A stretch of 52,090 nucleotides of DNA from contig JBAZQK010000001.1 of the NCBI GenBank assembly GCA_041645215.1, forward strand, positions 1 to 52,090, written 5' to 3'. Under the pieces are notes generated by a model. That model was not told the DNA's origin. It saw only the letters and a program-made list of their open reading frames with translations, and ran no database searches. Origin of the DNA: Patescibacteria group bacterium (GTDB taxonomy: Bacteria; Patescibacteriota; Patescibacteriia; Veblenbacterales; UBA10138). Position numbers and translations under genes: made by a program. This document shows, piece by piece, positions 37,885 through 46,157 of the stretch; positions within the stretch are counted from its first letter, which is position 1, and each line of letters opens with the position of its first letter.

Positions 37885-37924
37885 ATACTAGGTACTAGTA
37901 TACAGTAGTATAAATATATGTCAA
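37885..37924 (-). promoter_or_regulatory. Promoter with overlapping palindromic operator
   Basis: TTGACA (37919-37924), TATACT (37897-37902); inverted repeat ATACTAG-GTA-CTAGTAT at 37885-37901. Confidence 0.55.
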
Positions 37925-37965
37925 GTTATTTAATTTGCTATATTTTACGACGCTTATAATATAAT

Positions 37966-37981
37966 TGTTCCACGTGGAACA
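37966..37981. promoter_or_regulatory. parS site
   Basis: Perfect palindrome TGTTCCACGTGGAACA matching the ParB/Spo0J consensus, ~5 kb from dnaA. Confidence 0.88.
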
Positions 37982-38169
37982 ATTAAGACAATATTGTCGT
38001 AGCCCCACTAAACAAGCTGGAAATGACAAAGAATAATAATTTTAATGAAATTAAGACTTACCCGTTTGGTGCTAAATAAAGGCTTTCTCGTTCCGTTATT
38101 CTCACCCGATGGCCATTGGGTGAGAATAACAAACACGTAAATCCTAAATATATTTAAACCTTGGTGGCC

Positions 38170-38235
38170 TGAACCAGAGCATAGCACGATTCAGGCCTAC
38201 CATGAACCGTGTTGCTTTAGAGCAACTCTGGTTCA
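38170..38235. repeat. Hairpin element abutting the CCA end of tRNA-Ala(GGC)
   Basis: TGAACCAGAG/CTCTGGTTCA termini; near-duplicate of the tRNA end TGGTGG(A)CC on the far side (38162-38169). Confidence 0.7.
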
Positions 38236-38312
38236 TGGTGGACCCGATCGGATTCGAACCGACGACCTTCTGCATGCCATGCAGACGCTCTAACCAACTG
38301 AGCTACGGGCCC
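38236..38312 (-). tRNA. tRNA-Ala(GGC)
   Basis: GGGCCCG/CGGGTCC with G3.U70, TCTGC-ATGGCAT-GCAGA, encoded CCA. Confidence 0.97.
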
Positions 38313-38383
38313 ACAAAAATACCAAATCATTACTGAGCTATGGGTCAAAGTGCAGATAAATTATAATAATTAATTACAATATG

Positions 38384-39160
38384 TCAACTTGTTCCACGTG
38401 GAACTTTACTAAACAAACAATAAAATATAACAACAAGCGGAAAAACCACTACAGCATTAAAAATACGTCTAAGTCTGACTGGTTGTTTAACTAACCTATA
38501 TAACCACTCCAAACCAAGGCTTTGCCATGCTTTTGGGGCCCTTTTAATAGCCCCAGCAAAATAATCAAAACTACCACCAACACCAATCCCAACTTTACAA
38601 GGTAATAGTGGTAAATAATAATCAAGCCAGTAATCTTGCTTAGGGGAACCAAACCCAACTAGTAATATGTCTGGTTTTTTTGCTTTTATATCATTTACCA
38701 ACCAGTTATTATCCTGATTATTAATCGGCATTGTTTGGTTTACATTAAAAAACGGCCCTTCAGCATAACCTGCAATTTTACAATTTGGATATTTTAATTT
38801 TAAGTTTTGTGTCGCTTTTTGTAACACATTATCATTATAACCTACAAAATACAATGTAAAATCGTTTGCTTCACTTTGTTTAGCTAACTCCTCAACTAAA
38901 TCTGCCCCAGTCACTCTGCCTTGTTTAAGTGGCTTACCTAATAAATACGATGCCAAAATAACACCAGCCCCATCAATACAAACTAGCCTGGCGCGGCTTA
39001 TTATTGCGTGGTATTGCTTGTTTTTGTGTGCTCGTAGCAAAATTTCAGGATTAGCTGTCACAACAAAAGTCCGCTGGTTTGATCTTATATATGCCTTAAT
39101 TTTTTCAACTATTTCACCCAAGTTACAATCATCAATTTTTATATTAAAAATGTGTAACAT
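38384..39160 (-). CDS. WecB/TagA/CpsF glycosyltransferase
   Basis: VTANPE, DGAGV, RVTGADL, DILLVG.GSPKQD.W, GVGGSFD, RAP...Q..GLEWLYRL; start moved to MLHIF. Confidence 0.95.
   Translation of the reverse strand: MLHIFNIKIDDCNLGEIVEKIKAYIRSNQRTFVVTANPEILLRAHKNKQYHAIISRARLVCIDGAGVILASYLLGKPLKQGRVTGADLVEELAKQSEANDFTLYFVGYNDNVLQKATQNLKLKYPNCKIAGYAEGPFFNVNQTMPINNQDNNWLVNDIKAKKPDILLVGFGSPKQDYWLDYYLPLLPCKVGIGVGGSFDYFAGAIKRAPKAWQSLGLEWLYRLVKQPVRLRRIFNAVVVFPLVVIFYCLFSKVPRGTS
38390..38405. promoter_or_regulatory. Second parS site (inside the 3' end of the glycosyltransferase gene)
   Basis: TGTTCCACGTGGAACT, 15/16 match. Confidence 0.8.
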
Positions 39161-39197
39161 ACTAATGGTCGCTTCATAATTATTAGTAATTTGGTGA

Positions 39198-39233
39198 TGG
39201 ACCGAGTGGGAGTTGAGCCCACGACCTCCGCAA
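39198..39233 (-). pseudogene. Orphan 3' half of an Ala-type tRNA
   Basis: TTGCGG-AGGTC-GTGGG-CTCAACT-CCCAC-TCGGTCC-A; degenerate T-loop. Confidence 0.65.
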
Positions 39234-39292
39234 CCCGCCCTGTTAGACATTTTTGGACCTAGGGAGAATCGAACTCCCGTCTCCACAACTTG

Positions 39293-39401
39293 CCCCGTTA
39301 GAAATTCGCTTTTGGACTCACCGGGAATCGAACCCGGAACTCGGCAATGCGAATGCCGCGTAATACCGTTTTACTATGAGCCCACATCATTTCTAACGGG
39401 G
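39293..39401. mobile_element. MITE-like element with 12-bp TIRs carrying a tRNA
   Basis: CCCCGTTAGAAA (39293-39304) / TTTCTAACGGGG (39390-39401). Confidence 0.8.
39313..39383 (-). tRNA. tRNA-Ala(CGC)
   Basis: GGGCTCA/TGAGTCC with G3.U70, CGGCA-TT-CGC-AT-TGCCG, CCGGG-TTCGATT-CCCGG; CCA not encoded. Confidence 0.93.
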
Positions 39402-39472
39402 TGAACGAATGTGGTGTCATACCACTAGACCATAGGCCCTAAATAAACATTATAGCTGATTATAAGCCTCTT

Positions 39473-39544
39473 TGCCCCTGGCACGAATTGAACGTGCATT
39501 TATCCCTTAGGAGAGGATTGTTCTATCCATTGAACTACAGGGGC
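39473..39544 (-). tRNA. tRNA-Arg(CCU)
   Basis: GCCCCTG/CAGGGGC, ATCCT-CT-CCT-AA-GGGAT; CCA not encoded. Confidence 0.93.
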
Positions 39545-39592
39545 ATAATCGCTAGTTGATGTAAAAATCGTCTTATTTCATTAACCTTGAAC

Positions 39593-39645
39593 CTTATCCA
39601 TTGTCCCGCTATGCGGGATCCGCCTTGGGGGAAAACTACAAGGGC
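39593..39645 (-). pseudogene. Interrupted 5' remnant of tRNA-Arg
   Basis: GCCCTTGTAGTT [30-bp palindromic insert] CAATGGATAAG versus intact GCCCCTGTAGTTCAATGGATAG. Confidence 0.75.
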
Positions 39646-39890
39646 CTACCTAAGCCTATATCAAAGGAACACTGAAACACTGGAACACTTAATCACTGAA
39701 CCATAAGCTTATTGCCGAGTTTTGTTTATTTGTTCAAGTGTTTCAGTGTTTATATGATTAAGTGTCATAGTGATACGGTAAGGAGAACGGCGGGCACTGC
39801 TTAGCGGGGCGGGGCCGGCCCGCCTTTGACGGGCTTGATAATAACATACTACAATAGGGGTGGTTTTACTAATTTTTAAAATATTTTTAT

Positions 39891-40298
39891 ATGTTTACTA
39901 AATCGGAAAACTCATCCAAAATTGAAACTGTAATTGGTCCGTCGGTTTCAATTGACGGCGGTTTTGTCAGCCAAGGTGATGTTAAAATTGAGGGGTCGGT
40001 AACGGGCTCAATCGTAACCAATGGCAACTTATTGGTGGGAGAGCAGGCCCATATAACCGCCAATATTCAAGCCAGCAATGCTTATATTGCCGGTCATATT
40101 AAGGGCAATTTACAAGTCAAAGAGCGGCTGGAGTTGGCCCCAACCAGTAAAATTGACGGCGATATTTCAACCAAGGTTTTGATTGTGGCGGAGGGGGCGC
40201 AAGTGTCGGGTAAATTTAATATGGGAAGTTTATCCAGCCAGGCTTTAGCAAACGACCGCAATAGCCACAAAAAACCCGTTGCTAACGCGGCCGTATGA
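39891..40298 (+). CDS. Bactofilin (polymer-forming cytoskeletal protein)
   Basis: ETVIG.SV.I.G......DV.IEG.V.G.I...G.L.VG..A.I.A.I.A....I.G...GN repeat pattern. Confidence 0.92.
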   Translation: MFTKSENSSKIETVIGPSVSIDGGFVSQGDVKIEGSVTGSIVTNGNLLVGEQAHITANIQASNAYIAGHIKGNLQVKERLELAPTSKIDGDISTKVLIVAEGAQVSGKFNMGSLSSQALANDRNSHKKPVANAAV

Positions 40299-40316
40299 AA
40301 TCGGGCTTAACTGACT

Positions 40317-41087
40317 ATGCCCTATTTTTATTTATATGACAGCTATCTTCAGGATCGCAGTTACTCTAATCAGTTAATTCGCCTGGAGACAACAATCACC
40401 GATCTGGGGTTGCAAGGCAAGGTCGGTCGTTTGACACTGCTTAAAAGTATTCGTGATTTGATTGAAAACGCGCTGCGCGACAACACCGATACAATCGTCG
40501 TGGTTGGCAATGATATTACTTTCAGCCAAACCGCGGAAATCTTGGCGCTTCACCCTAAAATAACTTTGGGTTTTATTCCGCTGGGCCCCACTAATCAAAC
40601 TTTAGCTTATTTATTGGGTATACCGCTGGGCATTTTGGCTTGCCACACTTTATCAAGCCGAATAGTTGAAAAAATAAATTTACCCAAAATTAACAATCAG
40701 TCTTTTATTAAATCGGCCGAAGCTCAAGGTGTGGCCACTTTTAATTGTGAAAATCATTATCAATTATCAGTCAGTTATCCGCATTATTATAAAATTTGCA
40801 ATTTAGATGTTTGGGGCGAATCAGACCAAGCCATTAGTAACCCTAAGGACGGCTTGGTTGAGGTGGTTTTAACACCCCATAAACCAAAGTCGTGGTGGAA
40901 CAAATTTAAAAAAACCCCGGCTTCGTCACCGACTGTTTTACCATTAAAAAATGTCCGCCTTGACGCGGTTGGTGACAGCCTTAGCTTACTGATAGACGGA
41001 CACCGAGTCATAAAAACCCCGGCCACGGTAGTTGCCACCGGGGACTACTTACGAGTAATCGTCGGACGTGATAGAAAGTTTAAATAA
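40317..41087 (+). CDS. Diacylglycerol-kinase-catalytic-domain-like protein
   Basis: TIVVVGNDITF....E.L......LGFIPLG..N..LA..LGIP. Confidence 0.65.
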   Translation: MPYFYLYDSYLQDRSYSNQLIRLETTITDLGLQGKVGRLTLLKSIRDLIENALRDNTDTIVVVGNDITFSQTAEILALHPKITLGFIPLGPTNQTLAYLLGIPLGILACHTLSSRIVEKINLPKINNQSFIKSAEAQGVATFNCENHYQLSVSYPHYYKICNLDVWGESDQAISNPKDGLVEVVLTPHKPKSWWNKFKKTPASSPTVLPLKNVRLDAVGDSLSLLIDGHRVIKTPATVVATGDYLRVIVGRDRKFK

Positions 41088-41103
41088 CACTGGAACACTG
41101 GAG

Positions 41104-41310
41104 CAAATTTGTTCGTAAGCGATTATGCCCTGTAGTTTCCGCCCACCTGCCCGCCATCGGCCTCTGGCAATCGATAATTATTATTTAGTGCTGTAGCTTT
41201 CTATTTAATAGCATCGTTTACCCCGTTAGAAGTAACCCCAATGGCTGTCGGGATACTCCACCACCAGTGGAGACTTCTAACGGGGTTTACTTTGTACAGG
41301 CTTAGGCAGG
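41104..41310 (+). repeat. Dispersed ~138-bp repeat, copy 1 (contains a MITE insertion)
   Basis: Near-identical to 46158-46295 apart from a 65-bp insert plus 4-bp duplication. Confidence 0.92.
41221..41285. mobile_element. MITE with CCCCGTTAGAAG/CTTCTAACGGGG TIRs and TTTA target duplication
   Basis: Filled site here; empty site at ~46271. Confidence 0.88.
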
Positions 41311-41349
41311 CCCCGCTTAGCGGGGCGGGCGGGCGGTGGCGCTTTATTA

Positions 41350-41631
41350 TCAAACTGTAATACTGGCGGCTAAATTAACATCTAAATCAACATTTTTAAC
41401 AGTGGTGTCGGCCACTATCATCTTGGTTTTGCTCAAACTTATAACTTGGCGCGGGCTTATTAGGATTGTTTTATTTTTATTTAACAAGGGCAGATTAAAG
41501 GCCTTGTTTTTCACCACCAATCTCACAACTTGCCAAGTGGCCGGATCAATCTCTATGCCGGTAATCCGTCCCAAATAAATATCGCTTTGCGTATAAACCG
41601 GGATGTTAAAACAATTTAAACTAAGCGGCAT
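41350..41631 (-). CDS. PRC-barrel domain protein
   Basis: PVYT....YLG.I.GIEIDP.TWQV..L.V.........LI...QV..L....MIV. Confidence 0.75.
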   Translation of the reverse strand: MPLSLNCFNIPVYTQSDIYLGRITGIEIDPATWQVVRLVVKNKAFNLPLLNKNKTILISPRQVISLSKTKMIVADTTVKNVDLDVNLAASITV

Positions 41632-42319
41632 GTTTTTTTATAGTTAAGTATTGTTGCCCGATTGTAAGCAGGGTATTAACTAACCAATACAACATTAAAC
41701 CGGCTGGTAAACTTAAACCAAAAATAATTGTTATAACCGGCATAATATAAAGAGCTTGTTTGCTCATATTGGCCGCCAAGTCATCGCCCATGATTTTAGT
41801 TGTTGATTGGTTGGGGATTATCATTTTGGCCTGCCAATACTGGGTAAGCCCAGTTATCACCGCAATTATCCAATTCGGCTTCGCCAACGACCAAATACCC
41901 AAAAAAGTGTCAGCCAGATGACCGGGATTAGCTATAAAACCATAAATTAAATTTAAATCACTGGACTCCAAACCGGAGAGGAACACTTGATATAAGGCTA
42001 TTAAAAAAGGCAGTTGTATGATTAAGGGCAAACAAGAAGAAAACGGACTAACTTTTTCACGGCTGTATAAAGCCATTAACTCACGGCTTATTTTTTGCTT
42101 GTCGCCGCTATATTGTTGGCGTAGTTTGGCTACTTGGGGTTGAAGTTTTTGCAGGGCTAGTTGTGATTTTAAGGTTTTTTGCGACAAGGGGTACATTATT
42201 AATTTCAGCAACACTGTCAAAACAATAATAGCTATTCCCATATCTCCCACTAAACCATAAACAAAGACCAACAAATTAAACAAGGGTTGATAAAATGCAG
42301 TTTGCCAAAATAATAACAT
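41621..42319 (-). CDS. yidC: Membrane protein insertase YidC (short form)
   Basis: YQPLFN.L, G.AII.LT, KLQP....L...Y..DKQ, SCLPLIIQLPFLIALY, LPAGL.LYWLV. Confidence 0.95.
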   Translation of the reverse strand: MLLFWQTAFYQPLFNLLVFVYGLVGDMGIAIIVLTVLLKLIMYPLSQKTLKSQLALQKLQPQVAKLRQQYSGDKQKISRELMALYSREKVSPFSSCLPLIIQLPFLIALYQVFLSGLESSDLNLIYGFIANPGHLADTFLGIWSLAKPNWIIAVITGLTQYWQAKMIIPNQSTTKIMGDDLAANMSKQALYIMPVITIIFGLSLPAGLMLYWLVNTLLTIGQQYLTIKKHAA

Positions 42320-42322
42320 AAT

Positions 42323-42577
42323 TTAATTTTTATATAACAAATCTACCCCGCCTTTTGACCATGGATGGCAACGACTTAAACGACTCAACCCTAGAGCGCC
42401 CCCTTTTATTGGGCCGTAGCGCTCAATCGCCTGATAGGTATAGTCCGAGCATGATGGATAAAATTTACAACCGGCCTTTGGCCACAGATACCTGCCCCAA
42501 CCATGGTCGGGTGATAGTGTTTTTTGGTAAAACCTTATTAAAATTAGGATCGCGATATTTAGCAACCTTTTAAACAT
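42323..42577 (-). CDS. yidD: Membrane protein insertion efficiency factor
   Basis: [18 protein letters not shown]...AI..YG...G..L...RL.RCHPW..GG.D. Confidence 0.95.
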   Translation of the reverse strand: MFKRLLNIAILILIRFYQKTLSPDHGWGRYLWPKAGCKFYPSCSDYTYQAIERYGPIKGGALGLSRLSRCHPWSKGGVDLLYKN

Positions 42578-42600
42578 ATAACCTTATCGGTTTAACTGTT

Positions 42601-42939
42601 TTATTTAATCTGGGATAACAATTTAACTAATTGGGTTTGCACTCCCTTATAATCTTGTAACAATATGTGACGGTTGGCTACCACCACTAAATTCAAACCA
42701 GTGGCAGGTAAATTGGGTAAATATTCTTTTATAACCGCGGCCAGACGCCGCCGATAAAGATTGCGCAAGTTAGCTTTATGACTAACCTGGCGTGATAAAA
42801 CTATCCCAACCTGAATTGGTTCAGTGGTTGGCGTTTTAAGCCAATAAATTATTATTTCCCGGCTTTGCCGCTTTTGGCCGCGGCGGTAGATTCTTATAAA
42901 ATCCTTAGCTTGCCTCAAACGATGTCGCCGGCTGAGCAT
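42601..42939 (-). CDS. rnpA: Ribonuclease P protein component
   Basis: ML....RL....DF..IY..G, VGIV.S..V..KAN.RN..RRRL; canonical position. Confidence 0.92.
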   Translation of the reverse strand: MLSRRHRLRQAKDFIRIYRRGQKRQSREIIIYWLKTPTTEPIQVGIVLSRQVSHKANLRNLYRRRLAAVIKEYLPNLPATGLNLVVVANRHILLQDYKGVQTQLVKLLSQIK

Positions 42940-42942
42940 AGC

Positions 42943-43080
42943 TTAAACTGTTAATCTGGCCCGGCCGCGGCGGCGGCGCCTGGCCAAAACCCGACGACCG
43001 GTAGCCGTTCCTTGACGAGCTCTAAAACCATGACGCCTACTTCTTTTTATTTTCTTTGGTTGGTATGTCCGTTTGGGCAT
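42943..43080 (-). CDS. rpmH: 50S ribosomal protein L34 (not in the supplied ORF track)
   Basis: [45 protein letters not shown], 45 aa. Confidence 0.97.
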   Translation of the reverse strand: MPKRTYQPKKIKRSRRHGFRARQGTATGRRVLARRRRRGRARLTV

Positions 43081-43247
43081 AATTAAAAAAATTAAAGTAA
43101 TACAAATATACTTAAAATGCGGGTTTTTGTCAATTAGTATATAATTAGTGTGGCTATCCCCTTATAATCAACAGTTTATGAACAAGCGCGCTGTTTTTTT
43201 AATAACCAATTTGCTTTATATTAATAATAGTCTTAATTTACATTTCC
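43081..43247. promoter_or_regulatory. rpmH-dnaA divergent intergenic region with degenerate DnaA-box-like 9-mers
   Basis: TGTGGCTAT, ATATCAACA and TTATGAACA. Confidence 0.45.
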
Positions 43248-44597
43248 ATGAACAATCTTGATTTGTGGCGCTCGGTACTAGGAGAATTGGAATTGCTTAT
43301 CAGCAAGGCTAATTTTACAACCTGGTTTAAAAATACCAACATAATCTCTTTTGTTGATGGTCAAATTGTGGTGGCGGTTCCAAACGCCTTTACTAAAGCT
43401 TGGTTAGAGAAAAAATACCATGTCTATATTCTTAAGGCTTTGCAAAATGTTGGCGGCAGTATTGTAAAATCAGTAACCTACCAAGTTGAATTAGTAAATG
43501 GACCGACCAACAACCCCAAAACCACCGAGTTGTCCCCAACTATAAATGTAAATTCTAACACTGGTAACAGCTTTGGTTTAAACCCTCGTTATATTTTTGA
43601 AACTTTTATAGTGGGTAAAAATAATGAGCTGGCTCGAGCCGCGGCCATAGCGGTTACGCAAAAACCCGGACAAACTTATAACCCCTTGTTTATTTATGGC
43701 GGGGTTGGTCTTGGCAAAACCCACCTCATGCAGGCGGTGGGGCACGAAATTCTTCGCCAAGACCCCGGCAAAAAAATTATTTATGCGCCGTGCGAGAAAT
43801 TTACCAATGAATTCATCCAGGCCATTGGCAGCGGCAAGATTGAACGGTTTAAGACCACTTATCGCTCAGTTGATGTTTTATTAATTGATGATATTCAATT
43901 TTTAGCCGGTAAAGAAGGTACGCAAGAGGAATTTTTTCACACTTTTAACACTCTTCACCAATCAAACAAGCAAATTATATTAACATCTGACCGACCGCCA
44001 AAGTCCATACAAACCCTGGAAAACCGGTTGGTTTCTCGTTTTGAGTGGGGTATGATTGCTGATATTGCCAGCCCTGATCTAGAAACACGTACTGCAATAT
44101 TAGAGCAAAAATGTCAAGAAAAAGGGTATAAACTTGACCGCGAGATTGTTGGTTTTTTGGCTAATTCTATACAAAACAACATAAGAGAGTTAGAAGGAGC
44201 TTTAAATCGTATAATTGCTTATCATCAACTTAATAATAGGGTTCCAACTCTTGACAATGTTAAAGATTTGTTGGATAATATATTATCTAAAAATAAAACT
44301 TCTCCGCAAGTGAGTCCCAAAAAAATAATACAAATCATTTCCAATTATTTTGATATTGGAGTTGATGAAATATTGGGTATCAGCCGTAAAAAGCACCTGG
44401 TTGTACCTCGTCAGATTTGCATGTATCTGATGCGGGAGGAATTAAAATCCTCCTTCCCTTCAATTGGGGGTGAGTTAGGTGGTCGCGACCACACCACCGC
44501 TATGCACGCTTGTGCTCGTATTAACAACCTGCTAAACACTGACTCCAAAATTCAACAAGATATAAACAGTTTGCGCCAACAGCTTTATCAAAATTAA
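43248..44597 (+). CDS. dnaA: Chromosomal replication initiator DnaA
   Basis: YNPLFIYGGVGLGKTHL, DVLLIDDIQF, RELEGALNR, GGRDHTT.MHA. Confidence 0.99.
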   Translation: MNNLDLWRSVLGELELLISKANFTTWFKNTNIISFVDGQIVVAVPNAFTKAWLEKKYHVYILKALQNVGGSIVKSVTYQVELVNGPTNNPKTTELSPTINVNSNTGNSFGLNPRYIFETFIVGKNNELARAAAIAVTQKPGQTYNPLFIYGGVGLGKTHLMQAVGHEILRQDPGKKIIYAPCEKFTNEFIQAIGSGKIERFKTTYRSVDVLLIDDIQFLAGKEGTQEEFFHTFNTLHQSNKQIILTSDRPPKSIQTLENRLVSRFEWGMIADIASPDLETRTAILEQKCQEKGYKLDREIVGFLANSIQNNIRELEGALNRIIAYHQLNNRVPTLDNVKDLLDNILSKNKTSPQVSPKKIIQIISNYFDIGVDEILGISRKKHLVVPRQICMYLMREELKSSFPSIGGELGGRDHTTAMHACARINNLLNTDSKIQQDINSLRQQLYQN

Positions 44598-44720
44598 TTT
44601 TTCTTTTTTATTTACACCTTATAAACATTTAAATTAACAACTACTGTAGATAATTATTTTTTATTTTGTTGTTTTTAAAGGCCAATTAAGGTTATCAACA
44701 TAACCACAAGGATTACTATT
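44598..44720. other. Probable oriC (dnaA-dnaN intergenic)
   Basis: AT-rich; DnaA-box variants TTATAAACA (44619), TGTAGATAA (44645) and TTATCAACA (44692); the majority coding strand switches near this locus. Confidence 0.65.
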
Positions 44721-45821
44721 ATGAAATTCTTATGTACTAAAGACAATCTAATAACAGGGTTAAGCGCGGTTGTGCATATAGCCAGCCGTAATTCAAGTTT
44801 GCCTATTTTAAATAACATACTTTTAAAAACCAGCAAAATCGGTTTGGAAATATCAGCTACCAACCTTGAGGTTGCTATAAAAACAGTGGTGCGGGGAAAA
44901 GTTGAACAAGAGGGCGCCATAGTTGTTCAAGGTAAATTGATTTTTGATTGGGTTGTTTTGGCCGCCTCTGAAAAAATTGAGATTGAAGCTGATGGAACTA
45001 ATTTAAATTTATTGGCCGGCAAAAGAAAGGCCATAATTAGGGGGGTTGCCGCCGAGGAATTTCCGGTAATACCGGAAATTGAAAGTGGTTTAAGTTTTTC
45101 GGCAAACAACCAAGAATTAACCAAAGCTCTTAGTGGGGTGGCGTTGGCGGTAAACAACGACGAAAGCCGCCCGGAGATAAGTGGAATTTTTTTAAAAAAA
45201 CAAAACCACGTTTTGTTTTTTGTGGGTACTGATAGTTACCGTTTGGCTGAGGCAAAAATAACAACCACTAACGAACAAGATGTCCAAACCATCGTACCAT
45301 TAAGAACTATTCAGGAATTAGTAAGAATCGCCGCCGGCAACAACGAAGAAACAACCGTATTCGTTAGCGACAACCAAATTTTGTTTGTGATTGGCGACAC
45401 TAAAATTACTTCTCGGGTTATAGCTGGTCAGTATCCTGATTATCAACAAATTATTCCCCAACAACACAACACCAAACTGGTGGTTGAAACCAATCAACTT
45501 ATTCAAGCTGTTAAAGCTGCTAGTTTGTTTGTCAGGAGTGGAATCAACGACGTTAAATTAATTTATAGCAGTATTACTAAAGAACTAACCGTGGCTTCTA
45601 ACAATGCCCAGGTGGGCGAAGGCGCCACCGAGTTAAGTTTAATTAATAGCGAAGGAGAAACCGTGGAAATTGTGTTTAATTATAGGTATTTGTTGGATGG
45701 TTTAACAGTTATGGTGACAGATCAAACAGAGATAAAAATTAACAATTCAACTACCCCGGCGGTTTTAACCCCAATTAAACAAACCGATTATTTTTATATA
45801 ATAATGCCGATTAGGCAATAA
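44721..45821 (+). CDS. dnaN: DNA polymerase III beta clamp
   Basis: LPIL.NIL, ATNLE, RPEISG, GTDSYRLAE, GQYPDY..IIP, FNYRYL.DGL, IIMPIR. Confidence 0.98.
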   Translation: MKFLCTKDNLITGLSAVVHIASRNSSLPILNNILLKTSKIGLEISATNLEVAIKTVVRGKVEQEGAIVVQGKLIFDWVVLAASEKIEIEADGTNLNLLAGKRKAIIRGVAAEEFPVIPEIESGLSFSANNQELTKALSGVALAVNNDESRPEISGIFLKKQNHVLFFVGTDSYRLAEAKITTTNEQDVQTIVPLRTIQELVRIAAGNNEETTVFVSDNQILFVIGDTKITSRVIAGQYPDYQQIIPQQHNTKLVVETNQLIQAVKAASLFVRSGINDVKLIYSSITKELTVASNNAQVGEGATELSLINSEGETVEIVFNYRYLLDGLTVMVTDQTEIKINNSTTPAVLTPIKQTDYFYIIMPIRQ

Positions 45822-46157
45822 TGATGCTCCACGGCCCACCTGTTTAAACTAAGCCGGGCCCGCTCTCACACCTATACCCAACCAGTAAACAGTAAACAAT
45901 TTTAAATTTTAAATTTTAAATTTTTAATAAATTTACTACCCTGTCTTTTTTTATCCGGTCACCGCACCTACTATTAAAAAAATTTTAATTTTGCGGGATG
46001 CCGCTATGGCGGCACCGGACATATTTTGCCACAAATAAAACAAATCGTGTTTATAGTTTTTAATTAAATAATTTAGTAATTTAATAAAACCACCTGCCAA
46101 AGCTTGAACTAAAAAATCACTTAATCACTGGAACACTAGATCACTTTATTGCTGGAT

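Larger units (their letters stand above)
39254..39439 (-). pseudogene. Split tRNA-Ala(CGC): 5' half 39406-39439, 3' half 39254-39287
   Basis: Halves pair perfectly: acceptor GGGCCTA/TAGGTCC with G3.U70, anticodon stem CCACA/TGTGG, T-arm GGGAG-TTCGATT-CTCCC; break after TTCG in the anticodon loop. Confidence 0.88.

Noticed and set aside
39161-39286. N-terminal extension of the glycosyltransferase ORF
   Set aside because: It runs through tRNA remnants; family similarity starts at MLHIFNI (39160).
39254-39290. tmRNA 3' end
   Set aside because: It pairs perfectly with a nearby tRNA 5' half that has a D-arm and anticodon stem; no tag reading frame is present.
45830-46110. Alternative oriC downstream of dnaN
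   Set aside because: AT-rich heptamer-type tandem repeats and repeat debris, without clustered DnaA boxes; similar tracts occur at 17120, 23110 and 35960.
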